Below are positions 10,072 through 18,751 of a DNA stretch of 64,000 nt, piece after piece (the first letter of the stretch is position 1; every line of letters begins with the position of its first letter). Where the stretch lies: positions 64,360 through 128,359 of the forward strand of contig CAMTUG010000003.1 of assembly GCA_947084965.1 (NCBI GenBank), in the 5' to 3' direction. The notes under the pieces are model-generated. The model made no database searches, was not told the DNA's origin, and saw only the letters and a program-made list of their open reading frames with translations. The DNA is from an uncultured Parcubacteria group bacterium. Its GTDB lineage: Bacteria > Patescibacteriota > Patescibacteriia > UBA9934 > CAMTUG01. Both the position numbers and the translations under genes were made by a program.

Positions 10072-11115
10072 TTACTTCGGCGGACACTCCTCACGAATGA
10101 TCGTCTGTCTGTACGACTTCATGAGTAGAATGAGAGCGACGATCGCGATCATGACGAGGATCAGGAGCTGCCAAGGGATAACCCAGAAGTTCGTTGATGC
10201 TGTTGTGATCGTGTCGCCGGTGCCGTAGCTCATGACGAGCGTTGCTTGGTATAGGCCTAGGCCGAAGTTGCGCCATTCGTCGACGAGTTCGATGGCATCG
10301 GCCGGGACTTCGTTCTTTTGCCAATGCACAGTGAATTGGCGAGTGGAGTTTGGGAGGACGTATCCGCCCTCGGCGTTGACGGGGATCGTAGCGCTTTCGT
10401 TCCCGAGCATGTTCGTAATATGGATCTCTCCAAACGGGGCGAGATGAGTGGTACCCGCATTTTGGAAGCGAACATCAAAGGTGATAGGGAGCGATGACGT
10501 CGTTTTTGGAGTGGCGGTGAATTCCAGGATCGCTCCTGATTCCGTCGCAGCTCCTTCGACCGAGATGAGAACGAGCGTTCCTATCTTTACCACTGTTGCC
10601 AGTTCGTCCTGTATCCGTGGCAAGGCGGTACTCATGAGGAGACCACCAAAGTAGCTCCCCGGCGTCGTTCCTTCGGGAACACGAATGGTGAAGGCGACGT
10701 AGCGCGTCTCGTCTGGCGCAAGGGTCACAGTCGAACTTTCAAACTCGACCCACGAAGCGATCGATCGTTCGGATTGAACCCCCTCCGATAAAAAGTGAGG
10801 AGTTCCGGTTTCGTCGTCGGCCGCGATGAAGTCCTGTACGGTCGGGTAGAGCGTTTCTGCGACCTCCGTCTCATTGTGTAGTCGTACTGTGCCAGCGATC
10901 TCTTCGCCTGGCTTGACGCTATACTCCATGATCAACGGAGACACAGATAAGGCCTGCGCGGATTGTGTGCCGGCAAAGCAGAGGGCAAGGATCGCCAGAA
11001 CGATAAGTCCGCGTTGTTTTGAGTGGGCTTCGGACATACTGTGGACTTGGGCGGCAGGGAGAAAACGTACAAGCATGTGGCGTCTTCTTCCTGCTTTATG
11101 AAGTCCACGGCTCAA
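10072..11115 (-). CDS. Secreted protein with a C-terminal membrane anchor, 347 aa as listed. The likely true start is the ATG at 11037, which gives a canonical signal peptide. Its architecture resembles DUF916/CscA-type surface-complex proteins.
   Basis: ORF track. The N-region SEAHSKQRG plus LIVLAILALCFAG and an AQA|LS cleavage site make a signal peptide. The C-terminal WQLLILVMIAIVALILLM helix is followed by basic residues. It is adjacent to, and co-oriented with, the other surface-protein genes. Confidence 0.55.
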   Translation of the reverse strand: MSRGLHKAGRRRHMLVRFLPAAQVHSMSEAHSKQRGLIVLAILALCFAGTQSAQALSVSPLIMEYSVKPGEEIAGTVRLHNETEVAETLYPTVQDFIAADDETGTPHFLSEGVQSERSIASWVEFESSTVTLAPDETRYVAFTIRVPEGTTPGSYFGGLLMSTALPRIQDELATVVKIGTLVLISVEGAATESGAILEFTATPKTTSSLPITFDVRFQNAGTTHLAPFGEIHITNMLGNESATIPVNAEGGYVLPNSTRQFTVHWQKNEVPADAIELVDEWRNFGLGLYQATLVMSYGTGDTITTASTNFWVIPWQLLILVMIAIVALILLMKSYRQTIIREECPPK

Positions 11116-11148
11116 TGTTCGTCTCTTTGAACGCTGAGCCGTACCCTC

Positions 11149-12087
11149 CTAATAGTTACCGGTGACGACAAAGGTTAGGACGTGCGAGTAAGCACCGCTC
11201 GCTGTGGTGACGCTCGCTGCTGCTTTTAGCGTAAGGAAATCTCGCGAGTCGTAGGATGTATCATTCCTTGTCCCGATCGCCTGGAATGACCCCGTGATCG
11301 CGGTGTCCTCTGTGTCAAAGGTCGAGGTCGCGAGTGAGCCGTCTGACGAGATCGCTCCGTACTCCTCGTTTCCAATATCCACGCTTCCTCCCACCACATC
11401 ATCAATATCGTTCGCTCCAGAAGTGAGATTTTCATCCTCCTGAAGCTGAATTGTGTAGCCGTTTGGACTATCAGCGGTGATGTTCCACCCGATCACTCCG
11501 GTTGAGACTTCGGTTGTTGTGATTTCTCCAAGAGAGACGGATGTTCCGTCAAGAAGGTAGACAGCGTCGTTTGTACCATCGATGACTGGGGCGGTGCCGC
11601 TGTCTGTAAGGGAATCAACGGTCAGTGTATCTGCGTCCTTGGACACAAGCTGTCCGATAGCAGAGACCTGGGCCGCGCCTTCGTCCTGGATGAGGACGAT
11701 GTAGTCACCAACGGTAAAGGCCCCGGTCGCTCCAACTTCGATCGCTGTTCCTGCGTATGAATTGGCAGTTGTCGTCGTCGCAGCCACCTGGGGGAGCAGG
11801 GAATAGGTAAGGACCTGATCCTGAACTCCTTGTCGGTAACCGGCACGCAGGGCGTAGCTGGCGCTGGTTGATGATCCGATCGCGGTGTTACCGATCGTGT
11901 CACGGAGCTGGTAAGAGGCTGAGGAAGAGTCATCGCTTCCGCCAGAGCTAATCGTGTCCCACTCGATCGTGTAGCTGGCTGACGACATGGCGGCAGATAC
12001 GGAACCGGTATTGAAAAGGAGCGCAAGCAAGAGAATGCTGGCGGATAGTGCAAAAAAGGCGTTCTTTTTGTTTTTCCTTACCTGCAT
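11149..12087 (-). CDS. Small secreted Ser/Thr-rich beta protein of 312 aa, the first gene of the surface-protein locus.
   Basis: ORF track. The signal peptide reads MQVRKNKKNAFFALSASILLLALLFNTGSVSA|A. It has repeated SASY-x-L/I motifs and no transmembrane segment. It is followed within 33 nt by the next gene. Confidence 0.55.
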   Translation of the reverse strand: MQVRKNKKNAFFALSASILLLALLFNTGSVSAAMSSASYTIEWDTISSGGSDDSSSASYQLRDTIGNTAIGSSTSASYALRAGYRQGVQDQVLTYSLLPQVAATTTTANSYAGTAIEVGATGAFTVGDYIVLIQDEGAAQVSAIGQLVSKDADTLTVDSLTDSGTAPVIDGTNDAVYLLDGTSVSLGEITTTEVSTGVIGWNITADSPNGYTIQLQEDENLTSGANDIDDVVGGSVDIGNEEYGAISSDGSLATSTFDTEDTAITGSFQAIGTRNDTSYDSRDFLTLKAAASVTTASGAYSHVLTFVVTGNY

Positions 12088-12346
12088 ACAATTTACCTAG
12101 AACAAATTGTACCATTTTAAGGCGCACAAGTCAATGATTTTTGCTGCTAACTTTAGCTAAAATTTTGGGCTGATCTATAATTGTGTACACCAATTATGTG
12201 GATATCTTGAGTAAATCTTATTAACCACAGGTATTACAGGAGATATCCACTCACGTTATATGTTTGTCTATACTAGTGTTGACAAATATTGATTTTAACT
12301 GTGGACATCTGTCATCGAAGTGTGGAGAAGTCACACTGTGTGCAAA

Positions 12347-12362
12347 TGTTTCACGTGAAACA
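12347..12362. promoter_or_regulatory. Perfect 16-bp palindrome TGTTTCACGTGAAACA, copy 1.
   Basis: Read directly in the sequence; it has a CACGTG core. Confidence 0.6.
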
Positions 12363-12817
12363 CTCTACGTATCTTTCGGTCTCGCGCCTTGATATTGTTA
12401 ACGGCACCTCCATTGCTCAACATCATGCGCTCAACATACCCTTCACGAATGGTCAGCACGTCACCGGACGAATGCGCTCCGGAAATCTTTCGAAAGGACT
12501 GACGGATTGAGCGTCGACTCTCTTTTTTCGTCGGGATTCGTTACTCCTTCAAGTCGGGTTGGAAGTTAGTGTCCTTTTGTCTGGCTCCCTCCGTCTGCAT
12601 AAATATCTGATGAGAATGGCGGTGCTCCGCGATTCGGATTGTTATACCCAAATGGATTAAGCCGCGGAGCAGGATCATGTCGCGACATTTAAGGCTAAGA
12701 ATCTATCTCACGACGGGATTCTACGAAGCGGTGAGAGGCGACCGCATCACCGATATGAAAATTGCGGATGGCAGATTATATAAAACAAAAATCACCAGGA
12801 TGCCCTGATGAATTTTG

Positions 12818-12893
12818 TGGTGGACTTGAGGGGAGTCGAACCCCTGACCTCTGCAATGCGAATGCAGCGCTCTACCAACTGAGCTACAAGCCC
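12818..12893 (-). tRNA. tRNA-Ala (anticodon CGC), with CCA encoded.
   Basis: The reverse complement folds as a cloverleaf with a G3:U70 acceptor pair, the anticodon loop tt-CGC-at, and a GGTTCGACTCC T-arm. Confidence 0.8.
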
Positions 12894-12907
12894 ATTATGG
12901 ATCAGCA

Positions 12908-12927
12908 AATGTTTCACGTGAAACATT
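12908..12927. promoter_or_regulatory. Perfect 20-bp palindrome AATGTTTCACGTGAAACATT, copy 2, in the spacer between tRNA-Ala and tRNA-Arg.
   Basis: Read directly. It shares the 16-bp core of copy 1, and a half-site GTTTCACGTGG recurs at 13038-13048. Confidence 0.6.
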
Positions 12928-12933
12928 ACTATG

Positions 12934-13009
12934 TGGTGTCCCCGCCACGACTCGAACGTGGATTAGGGGATTAGGAATCCCCGGTTTTATCCCGTTAAAC
13001 TACAGGGAC
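12934..13009 (-). tRNA. tRNA-Arg (anticodon CCT), with CCA encoded.
   Basis: The reverse complement reads GTCCCTG...GGGGA-TTCCTAA-TCCCC...GTTCGAGTC...CGGGGAC-A-CCA. Confidence 0.75.
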
Positions 13010-13116
13010 AAGTGTCGTAAAATGTACAAGTCAAGTAGTTTCACGTGGTATACTAGGGCTGTGGTCTGTGAACGAGCGCTCGAATTGTAATGGATTGAAG
13101 TACTCAAGTCAACGTT

Positions 13117-14205
13117 ATGAATGAAACATTTCTCAGTGGAATTGTGATCGTCGGGCTCATTGCTGTCATTGCAACAGTCCTTGTTACCCGCAAAAAGAAT
13201 TCGGGGTCTTCAGATGGTTCGCAAAATGTAATGTTGGAGGTGATCGAGGCGTTGCGCAGGGAGTTGCGCGAGGCACAGCAGCACCAGCAGACGCAAACGC
13301 GCGAGCAGCTTGATCATCTCAATGATCAGATGATGCGTTCGCTCACCGGATCACAAAAGATCATCGCCGAAGTAACCGAAAAGTTAACGGCTATCGATCA
13401 GACCAATAAGCAGGTTCTTGATTTTTCCGGCCAGCTGAAAAATCTGCAGAGCATTTTGCAAAATCCAAAGCATCGCGGTGTGCTTGGGGAGTATTGGCTT
13501 GAGACGCTGCTTGGAAATGTTTTGCCACCAGACGCGTACAAGATGCAGTACAAAATTGGTGCTGATGAAGACACGGGCTCACCGCTCATCGCTGACGCAG
13601 CGATCTTTGTGCGCGATCAGATCATTCCGATCGACGCCAAGTTCTCGCTCGAGAACTACAATCGTATGATGGCCGAAGAGGGAAAGGAGGCGCGGGAGCG
13701 ATTTGAAAAAGAACTGAAAGCCGACGTAAAGAAGCGGATCGATGAAACCTCTAAATACATCCGTCCGCAGGACGGCACACTCGGCTTTGCCTTCATGTTT
13801 ATTCCGGCCGAAGGCGTTTACTATAATTTGCTGAACGCCGAAGTTGGCTCATCGATCAACAGCATGAACTTGATTGAGTATGCCTTTGGAAAGCACGTGC
13901 TGATCGTTTCGCCAACGTCATTTTTTGCGTACCTCCAAACCGTGCTGTTGGGACTGCGCGAATTGCAGTTGGAAAAGTCGACGCAAGAAATTTTGAAACG
14001 CGTCACTCTTTTGGGTCGACACATCCATCAGTATTCAGATCTGCACGATCGTATTGGAAAGAATTTAACGACCGTGGTCAATCAATATAATCTGAGTTCC
14101 AAGGAGCTCGAGAAGATCGACGGCGACATTCACAAAATCACGAGTGGGGAGGTTGGTGGGGCGATGATGATCGAAAGTGTTTCCAAGCCTGATGAACAGA
14201 GTTGA
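13117..14205 (+). CDS. rmuC: DNA recombination protein RmuC.
   Basis: It has an N-terminal transmembrane segment, a coiled-coil, and RmuC nuclease-like motifs (IPIDAKFSLENY; FMFIPAEGVYY). Confidence 0.75.
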   Translation: MNETFLSGIVIVGLIAVIATVLVTRKKNSGSSDGSQNVMLEVIEALRRELREAQQHQQTQTREQLDHLNDQMMRSLTGSQKIIAEVTEKLTAIDQTNKQVLDFSGQLKNLQSILQNPKHRGVLGEYWLETLLGNVLPPDAYKMQYKIGADEDTGSPLIADAAIFVRDQIIPIDAKFSLENYNRMMAEEGKEARERFEKELKADVKKRIDETSKYIRPQDGTLGFAFMFIPAEGVYYNLLNAEVGSSINSMNLIEYAFGKHVLIVSPTSFFAYLQTVLLGLRELQLEKSTQEILKRVTLLGRHIHQYSDLHDRIGKNLTTVVNQYNLSSKELEKIDGDIHKITSGEVGGAMMIESVSKPDEQS

Positions 14206-14220
14206 TCCCACTCCTGCCCC

Positions 14221-15189
14221 GTGATAGTCTCCGCTCTGGAGGCTTACATGACCCAGCCCTTTAACCTGCAGCGACTGTGTGTCCCGTCGGACGAAGCTCG
14301 CCGGACGGCGAGGCACGAGCTGACCCTCTCGATGATTCGGGTGGGGTTCACTCGCCTCGTCGATCATGGCGTTGATTCGGCGCTCGTCGAGCGCGTGCGA
14401 TGGATCACGTCTCAACTCTACACCCTGCCCGAAGCGGTGCTTCTCGCCTGTGATGGCCGGCCATTCGACGTCCAGCGCGGCTACGGACCCATCGGCACCG
14501 AAGCCTACGAAGGACAGAAGCTCGAGCTGAAGCGGATGTTCTCGGTCGGCGACTACCCGGGTGAGCACCCGCTCTACGGGAGCTACCCACTCTTCTGGCC
14601 GCTCGATCCTGCCGATCTCGTGGAGGTCATGCGTCTCTACGATGCGCTTCTCGAGATCGCCATCCTGCTGACCCGGGCGATCGTCATCGATCTCGGGCTC
14701 CCTCCGGACGACTTCATGCGTCCCTCGGAACGGACCGACTCGGTCTTCCGCCTGCTCGAGAATCCGGCGCTTCCCGAGGACGCTACCACAGCATCGTTCT
14801 GTCGCAACAACCGACACGTCGATTCCGGGATGCTGACCGTGATGGTTCCGGCGACCGTCCCCGGACTGGTGGTCGAAGGATCTGACGGCGTGGCTCGGCA
14901 GTTCGGCTGCGAAGGGGGCGAACTCGTGGTGAACACGGGGCGACTCCTCGAGCTGATGCTCGCGGCTCGGCGCGCGGAGATCGACCGTGAACGCTTCCCG
15001 GTTCTCCCGACCGCCCGCCCGCACTGGGTCGAGATCGTCCCGGGCCACACCGGTGCCCGCAACTCTTTCCCGTTCTTCCTTTGGCCCGACCCGCACCGCC
15101 CGATCGGTGACGGTCGGTGCGCCTGGGAACACCTGCGGGACGAACTCACCCGCCACAAGACCCGCCAGCAGGTTCGCGTCTCCTCATGA
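14221..15189 (+). CDS. Isopenicillin-N-synthase-family 2-oxoglutarate/Fe(II)-dependent oxygenase (oxygenase A). GC is about 64%.
   Basis: It has a DIOX_N-like N-terminus, an HVDSGMLTV (HxD) motif, and a C-terminal H...RxS pattern (HTGARNSFPFFLWP). It starts with GTG at 14221, with an ATG alternative at 14248. Confidence 0.6.
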   Translation: MIVSALEAYMTQPFNLQRLCVPSDEARRTARHELTLSMIRVGFTRLVDHGVDSALVERVRWITSQLYTLPEAVLLACDGRPFDVQRGYGPIGTEAYEGQKLELKRMFSVGDYPGEHPLYGSYPLFWPLDPADLVEVMRLYDALLEIAILLTRAIVIDLGLPPDDFMRPSERTDSVFRLLENPALPEDATTASFCRNNRHVDSGMLTVMVPATVPGLVVEGSDGVARQFGCEGGELVVNTGRLLELMLAARRAEIDRERFPVLPTARPHWVEIVPGHTGARNSFPFFLWPDPHRPIGDGRCAWEHLRDELTRHKTRQQVRVSS

Positions 15190-15289
15190 TCCTGCTCCCT
15201 AAGACCGCGCCTCCCACTTCTCGGGCGGCGCGGAGTCTGTTTATTGACAGACCGATAGTTGGGCACTAGTCTCTGTTTGGGAGGTACTT

Positions 15290-15916
15290 ATGTTTGGATG
15301 GAAGCCAGAAGTTCCGCAACTGGTCATCGCGGGTGGGCCCGGTTCGGGGAAGGACAAGGTGATCGCTCGCATCCTCGCTACCTACCCGGGGGCGTTCCAC
15401 GTCCTCGGGGAGACCGCCGGGATGTTCATCCGCGCCCACGCTCTCGAGCCGCCGTTCCTCGGCGAAGACCTGAGCGTCTGGCAGAAGGCGATCGCCGCCG
15501 CCCAGCACGCCGCCGAAGAGATGGGGCAGATCATGGCCCGCCGCAAGAACGCGCTCGTTCTCTGCAACCGCGGTCGGCCGGACGGCGCTGGCTACATCGA
15601 CGGAGGGATCGATCACTTCCTGACCTTCGTCGGTGGAACCCTCTCGGACCACCTCGATCCCTACGACATGGTCATCTTCCTCGACACCCCGGACGAGGAG
15701 ATCTACGTCTCGACCACTGCGCCCGGGGCGGATGGGTACAATCCCGACCGCTTCGAGACGCACGAACAGGCTGTCCACCGTGCTCTTCGCCTGAAGGCGA
15801 TCTGGACGCTCCACCCGGACTGTCGTGTCGTTCCGGCGATGCCGACGATCGAACGGAAGTTCGAGGGAGTCGCCGGCCACATCGATGAGTTCCTGCGTCG
15901 TCACGGCAGGAACTGA
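15290..15916 (+). CDS. P-loop NTPase, a putative small-molecule or nucleoside kinase-like protein of 208 aa. GC is about 66%.
   Basis: It carries a Walker A motif GGPGSGKD near the N-terminus and has an RBS (GGGAGG) upstream. Confidence 0.55.
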   Translation: MFGWKPEVPQLVIAGGPGSGKDKVIARILATYPGAFHVLGETAGMFIRAHALEPPFLGEDLSVWQKAIAAAQHAAEEMGQIMARRKNALVLCNRGRPDGAGYIDGGIDHFLTFVGGTLSDHLDPYDMVIFLDTPDEEIYVSTTAPGADGYNPDRFETHEQAVHRALRLKAIWTLHPDCRVVPAMPTIERKFEGVAGHIDEFLRRHGRN

Positions 15917-16037
15917 CCTCACAGATCACGCGTTGGCCGCTCTGGTACTCAGGGCGGCTTCGACGTTAGTGGGCCCAGCATTTGCAGAGATTTTTGATCA
16001 TTGCTAGGGTGGACGCGTCCCCAACCCGGAGCCTTTC

Positions 16038-17093
16038 ATGTCCACCCTCCGCCTGCGCAACATCGACCTCACGCCGATCACGCTCTCCGCGCACAGCGGG
16101 GAGGCCAGCGACAGGGTTGCTCACCGCGTCGTCGATTCCCTCGTCGAGACCGGGGCCGTCGTCGTCCGGAGCCCATTTGTCCAAGACGGCGACAATACGA
16201 GCTACCTCAAGATGCTCGAAGGCTACTGCGGCCGCTCCCAGGAAGAGCTCCGTGCTGACGAGCGCCCCGAAGCCTTCCGTCAGGTGGGGATCACCCTTCC
16301 CGGCGGCGAGGACTTCCACCTGAGCCAGCACTTCCGTGATCAGCTCGGCTGTCGGATGCTGACCGGCGATCGGGCGCCCTACCCCTGTGACGGAGCGAAT
16401 CTCCACATGCGCTTCTTCTGGCGCCACGGCGAGCGTCGTCACAGCCGCCTCTTCCCGCAGTCGCACGCGGACCCCGTGATCCCCGCCGGGATCCCTGAGT
16501 GGGAAGCGACGATGACCGGCTGGGGCAACAAGATGTACGCTTCGGGCGAGCTTCTGATGCGCCACGTCGAGCGCGGACTGGGTGTCACTCCCGGCTCCCT
16601 CGTCGAGATGCTCCGCTTCGGCCCGCATCTCGTCGCCCCGACCGCGATCGATCTCGCCGGCCTGCCTCTCGGGACGGTCACGAGCGATGTGCACACCGAC
16701 TTCAACCCGCTGACCCTCCACGGAGCTGCGGCGTACTCGACGCTCGTCTGCTGGACCAAGGGCGGGCTTCCGTTCCTGGTCCGCGTCCCGCCCGGATGTC
16801 TGCTCGTCCAAGCCGGCGTCGGTCTCGAGTGGATGACCGGTGGGGCGATCAAGGCCGGCTACCACCAGACGGTCGTCCTGCCCGAGACGATCCGGCAGAT
16901 CGAGACGCTCGCTCCCGGGCGCTCGACCATTCGCGCGTCGAGCACCTTCTTCCTTCACTTCGACTGGGAGGCGACGCTCCAGGTTCTCCCCGAGCTTCGC
17001 TACCCCGGCTGCGACGATCTCTACACGTCGATGCTCGTCGGCGACCACGCCCTCCAGGTCATCCGGGCGATCGGTCTGGCCAAGCAACGCTGA
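16038..17093 (+). CDS. Isopenicillin-N-synthase-family 2OG/Fe(II) oxygenase (oxygenase B). GC is about 65%.
   Basis: It has a DIOX_N-like N-terminus (ITLSAHSGEASDRVAHRVVDSLVETGAVVVRSPF), an HTDFNPLTLH facial-triad HxD motif, and a downstream His/Arg. Confidence 0.65.
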   Translation: MSTLRLRNIDLTPITLSAHSGEASDRVAHRVVDSLVETGAVVVRSPFVQDGDNTSYLKMLEGYCGRSQEELRADERPEAFRQVGITLPGGEDFHLSQHFRDQLGCRMLTGDRAPYPCDGANLHMRFFWRHGERRHSRLFPQSHADPVIPAGIPEWEATMTGWGNKMYASGELLMRHVERGLGVTPGSLVEMLRFGPHLVAPTAIDLAGLPLGTVTSDVHTDFNPLTLHGAAAYSTLVCWTKGGLPFLVRVPPGCLLVQAGVGLEWMTGGAIKAGYHQTVVLPETIRQIETLAPGRSTIRASSTFFLHFDWEATLQVLPELRYPGCDDLYTSMLVGDHALQVIRAIGLAKQR

Positions 17094-17152
17094 GAGTTCT
17101 CATCATCAATCGAAAACCGCGCCTCTCGTTACTCGAGTGGCGCGGCTTCGTT

Positions 17153-17419
17153 TTATTTTCCGAGTTTGTTGACCGCGATCATCATGCGGGATTTGAGGCG
17201 GGCAGCGGTGTTTTTCTTCATCACCTTTTTGCCGGCCGCTTTGTCCATCTTGGTTGCGAGGGACTGAGCGAGCTTTTTTGCTTCCTCAATCTTCTTGTCT
17301 TTGATCGCTACCTTCAGGTGGCGGCGGAGCGAGGTGATCTCGTCCTTGACCGTTTTGTTGCGGAGAGCGCGTTTGACGCTCTGGCGCAACGCTTTTTTGG
17401 CGTTTGCTAGATTTGGCAT
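17153..17419 (-). CDS. rpsT: 30S ribosomal protein bS20.
   Basis: The N-terminus MPNLANAKKALRQSVKRALRNK... is the typical bS20 N-terminus. Confidence 0.85.
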   Translation of the reverse strand: MPNLANAKKALRQSVKRALRNKTVKDEITSLRRHLKVAIKDKKIEEAKKLAQSLATKMDKAAGKKVMKKNTAARLKSRMMIAVNKLGK

Positions 17420-17437
17420 ATAGAAAGTGCTGGAAGA

Positions 17438-18412
17438 TTACACGAGAAGTCGGCTGACCGTCAAGTCCACCGCCGTTTCCGGGTCGATTTGTCCGAGTTT
17501 TAGGCTCCGGTCGAACTGATAGAGCGTTTCATGGGCCGTTTTGAGGTTTTCTGCGGTGAATCGACGGGCCTGCTCCAGCGACTTCTGGGCGACGAACGGA
17601 TGAAGGCCCATGGCATCGGCCAAGTCCTGTTTTGATGCTTGTGGATTTTCGTCGAGCAGCGATCGGGCTCCGAGGAGGATACGGACCTGGCGGGTGAGCA
17701 TGCTAAACAGATACATCTCTTCGGCACCGCTCTGACGTTCTTCATCTAAAAGACGAAGGGCGCCCTTCACATCCTTCCGACTGACGGCGTCGACAAACAC
17801 AAAGATCTGATCTTCAAAGTTGGCCGAGACCATTTCAGAAATGAGCTTCTTAGAAATTGCCTCTCGAGAGGCAGATGTTCGAGCGACGAGTTTTTCGAGT
17901 TCCCCACTCATTCTCCATAAATCTCCCCCAACCCGCATCACCAATTCCTGCACCGCATCACGATCAATCGTACCACCGAGTGATTTTACGCGATCTTCAA
18001 TCCATTTTGAAAGCGCAGACCCTGTAAGTGCAGGGAACGGATAGTGATGGACGTCGCTCACGCCCTTTAGCGCTTTAAACAATTCTGCTTTCTCCACTTT
18101 TTCCGGCTCTGCCGATTCCCAAAAAATAACGATCGTTGATTCTGGCGTAGAAGAAAATCCTTCAACCCATGCCTTGGCGTCTGCCTTCTTCGTGGTCGCC
18201 ACCAAATCGCGCACCACAGCCATGCGCTTCTCGCCCATGAACGGCGCGGACGTCACTGCCTCCATTACGTCGCCGATTGCGGCCTTCGCATCAAACCGAA
18301 CCATGTTCATCCCCGCCGGGTCGAACTTGTCTTTGAATCGCGCCTCCATCTCGCGCACTTTCTCCTGCACCCGAAAGGTGTCGTTGCCGTAAACGAAGAT
18401 TAACATATACAA
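17438..18412 (-). CDS. holA: DNA polymerase III delta subunit.
   Basis: Length and sequence pattern fit holA (FVYGNDTF; the C-terminal helical domain). Confidence 0.7.
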   Translation of the reverse strand: MYMLIFVYGNDTFRVQEKVREMEARFKDKFDPAGMNMVRFDAKAAIGDVMEAVTSAPFMGEKRMAVVRDLVATTKKADAKAWVEGFSSTPESTIVIFWESAEPEKVEKAELFKALKGVSDVHHYPFPALTGSALSKWIEDRVKSLGGTIDRDAVQELVMRVGGDLWRMSGELEKLVARTSASREAISKKLISEMVSANFEDQIFVFVDAVSRKDVKGALRLLDEERQSGAEEMYLFSMLTRQVRILLGARSLLDENPQASKQDLADAMGLHPFVAQKSLEQARRFTAENLKTAHETLYQFDRSLKLGQIDPETAVDLTVSRLLV

Positions 18413-18423
18413 TCAACAGAATT

Positions 18424-18744
18424 ATGACAGAGCTTCAACGAAAAGTCATCGAAGTTGTGCGGAAGATTCCCACAGGCAAGGTCATGAGCTACGGCCAAGT
18501 GGCCCGGGTGATTGGGATGCCGCGCGGGGCGAGGCAGGTGGGTTGGGTGTTGCGGTCGATGGGAGAAGCCTCGGAATGTCCATGGTGGCGAGTGGTCAAC
18601 AACGAAGGAAGGATCACCATCAAAGGAAACAAGCACCACGGCCCACTTGAACAAAGACGCCGGCTCGTTGCCGAGGGCGTCCTTGTCTCCGATCAGTTCA
18701 GTTTTGATATTGAAGCGTACCGTCATCTTTCCTCTAACCTCTAA
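18424..18744 (+). CDS. MGMT-family DNA-binding protein, alkyltransferase-like (ATL). The active-site Cys is replaced (PWWRVV in place of PCHRV).
   Basis: It has YGQVARVIGMPRGARQVGWVL with PWWRVV. Confidence 0.6.
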   Translation: MTELQRKVIEVVRKIPTGKVMSYGQVARVIGMPRGARQVGWVLRSMGEASECPWWRVVNNEGRITIKGNKHHGPLEQRRRLVAEGVLVSDQFSFDIEAYRHLSSNL

Positions 18745-18751
18745 CCTTTTT

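Noticed and set aside
14065-17087. Long minus-strand ORFs 14065-15156, 14637-15266, 15266-15922 and 15966-17087 overlapping the oxygenase/kinase cassette.
   Set aside because: They are Arg/Gly/Pro-rich low-complexity translations typical of the antisense strand of high-GC genes. The + strand products carry recognisable 2OG-oxygenase and Walker A motifs.
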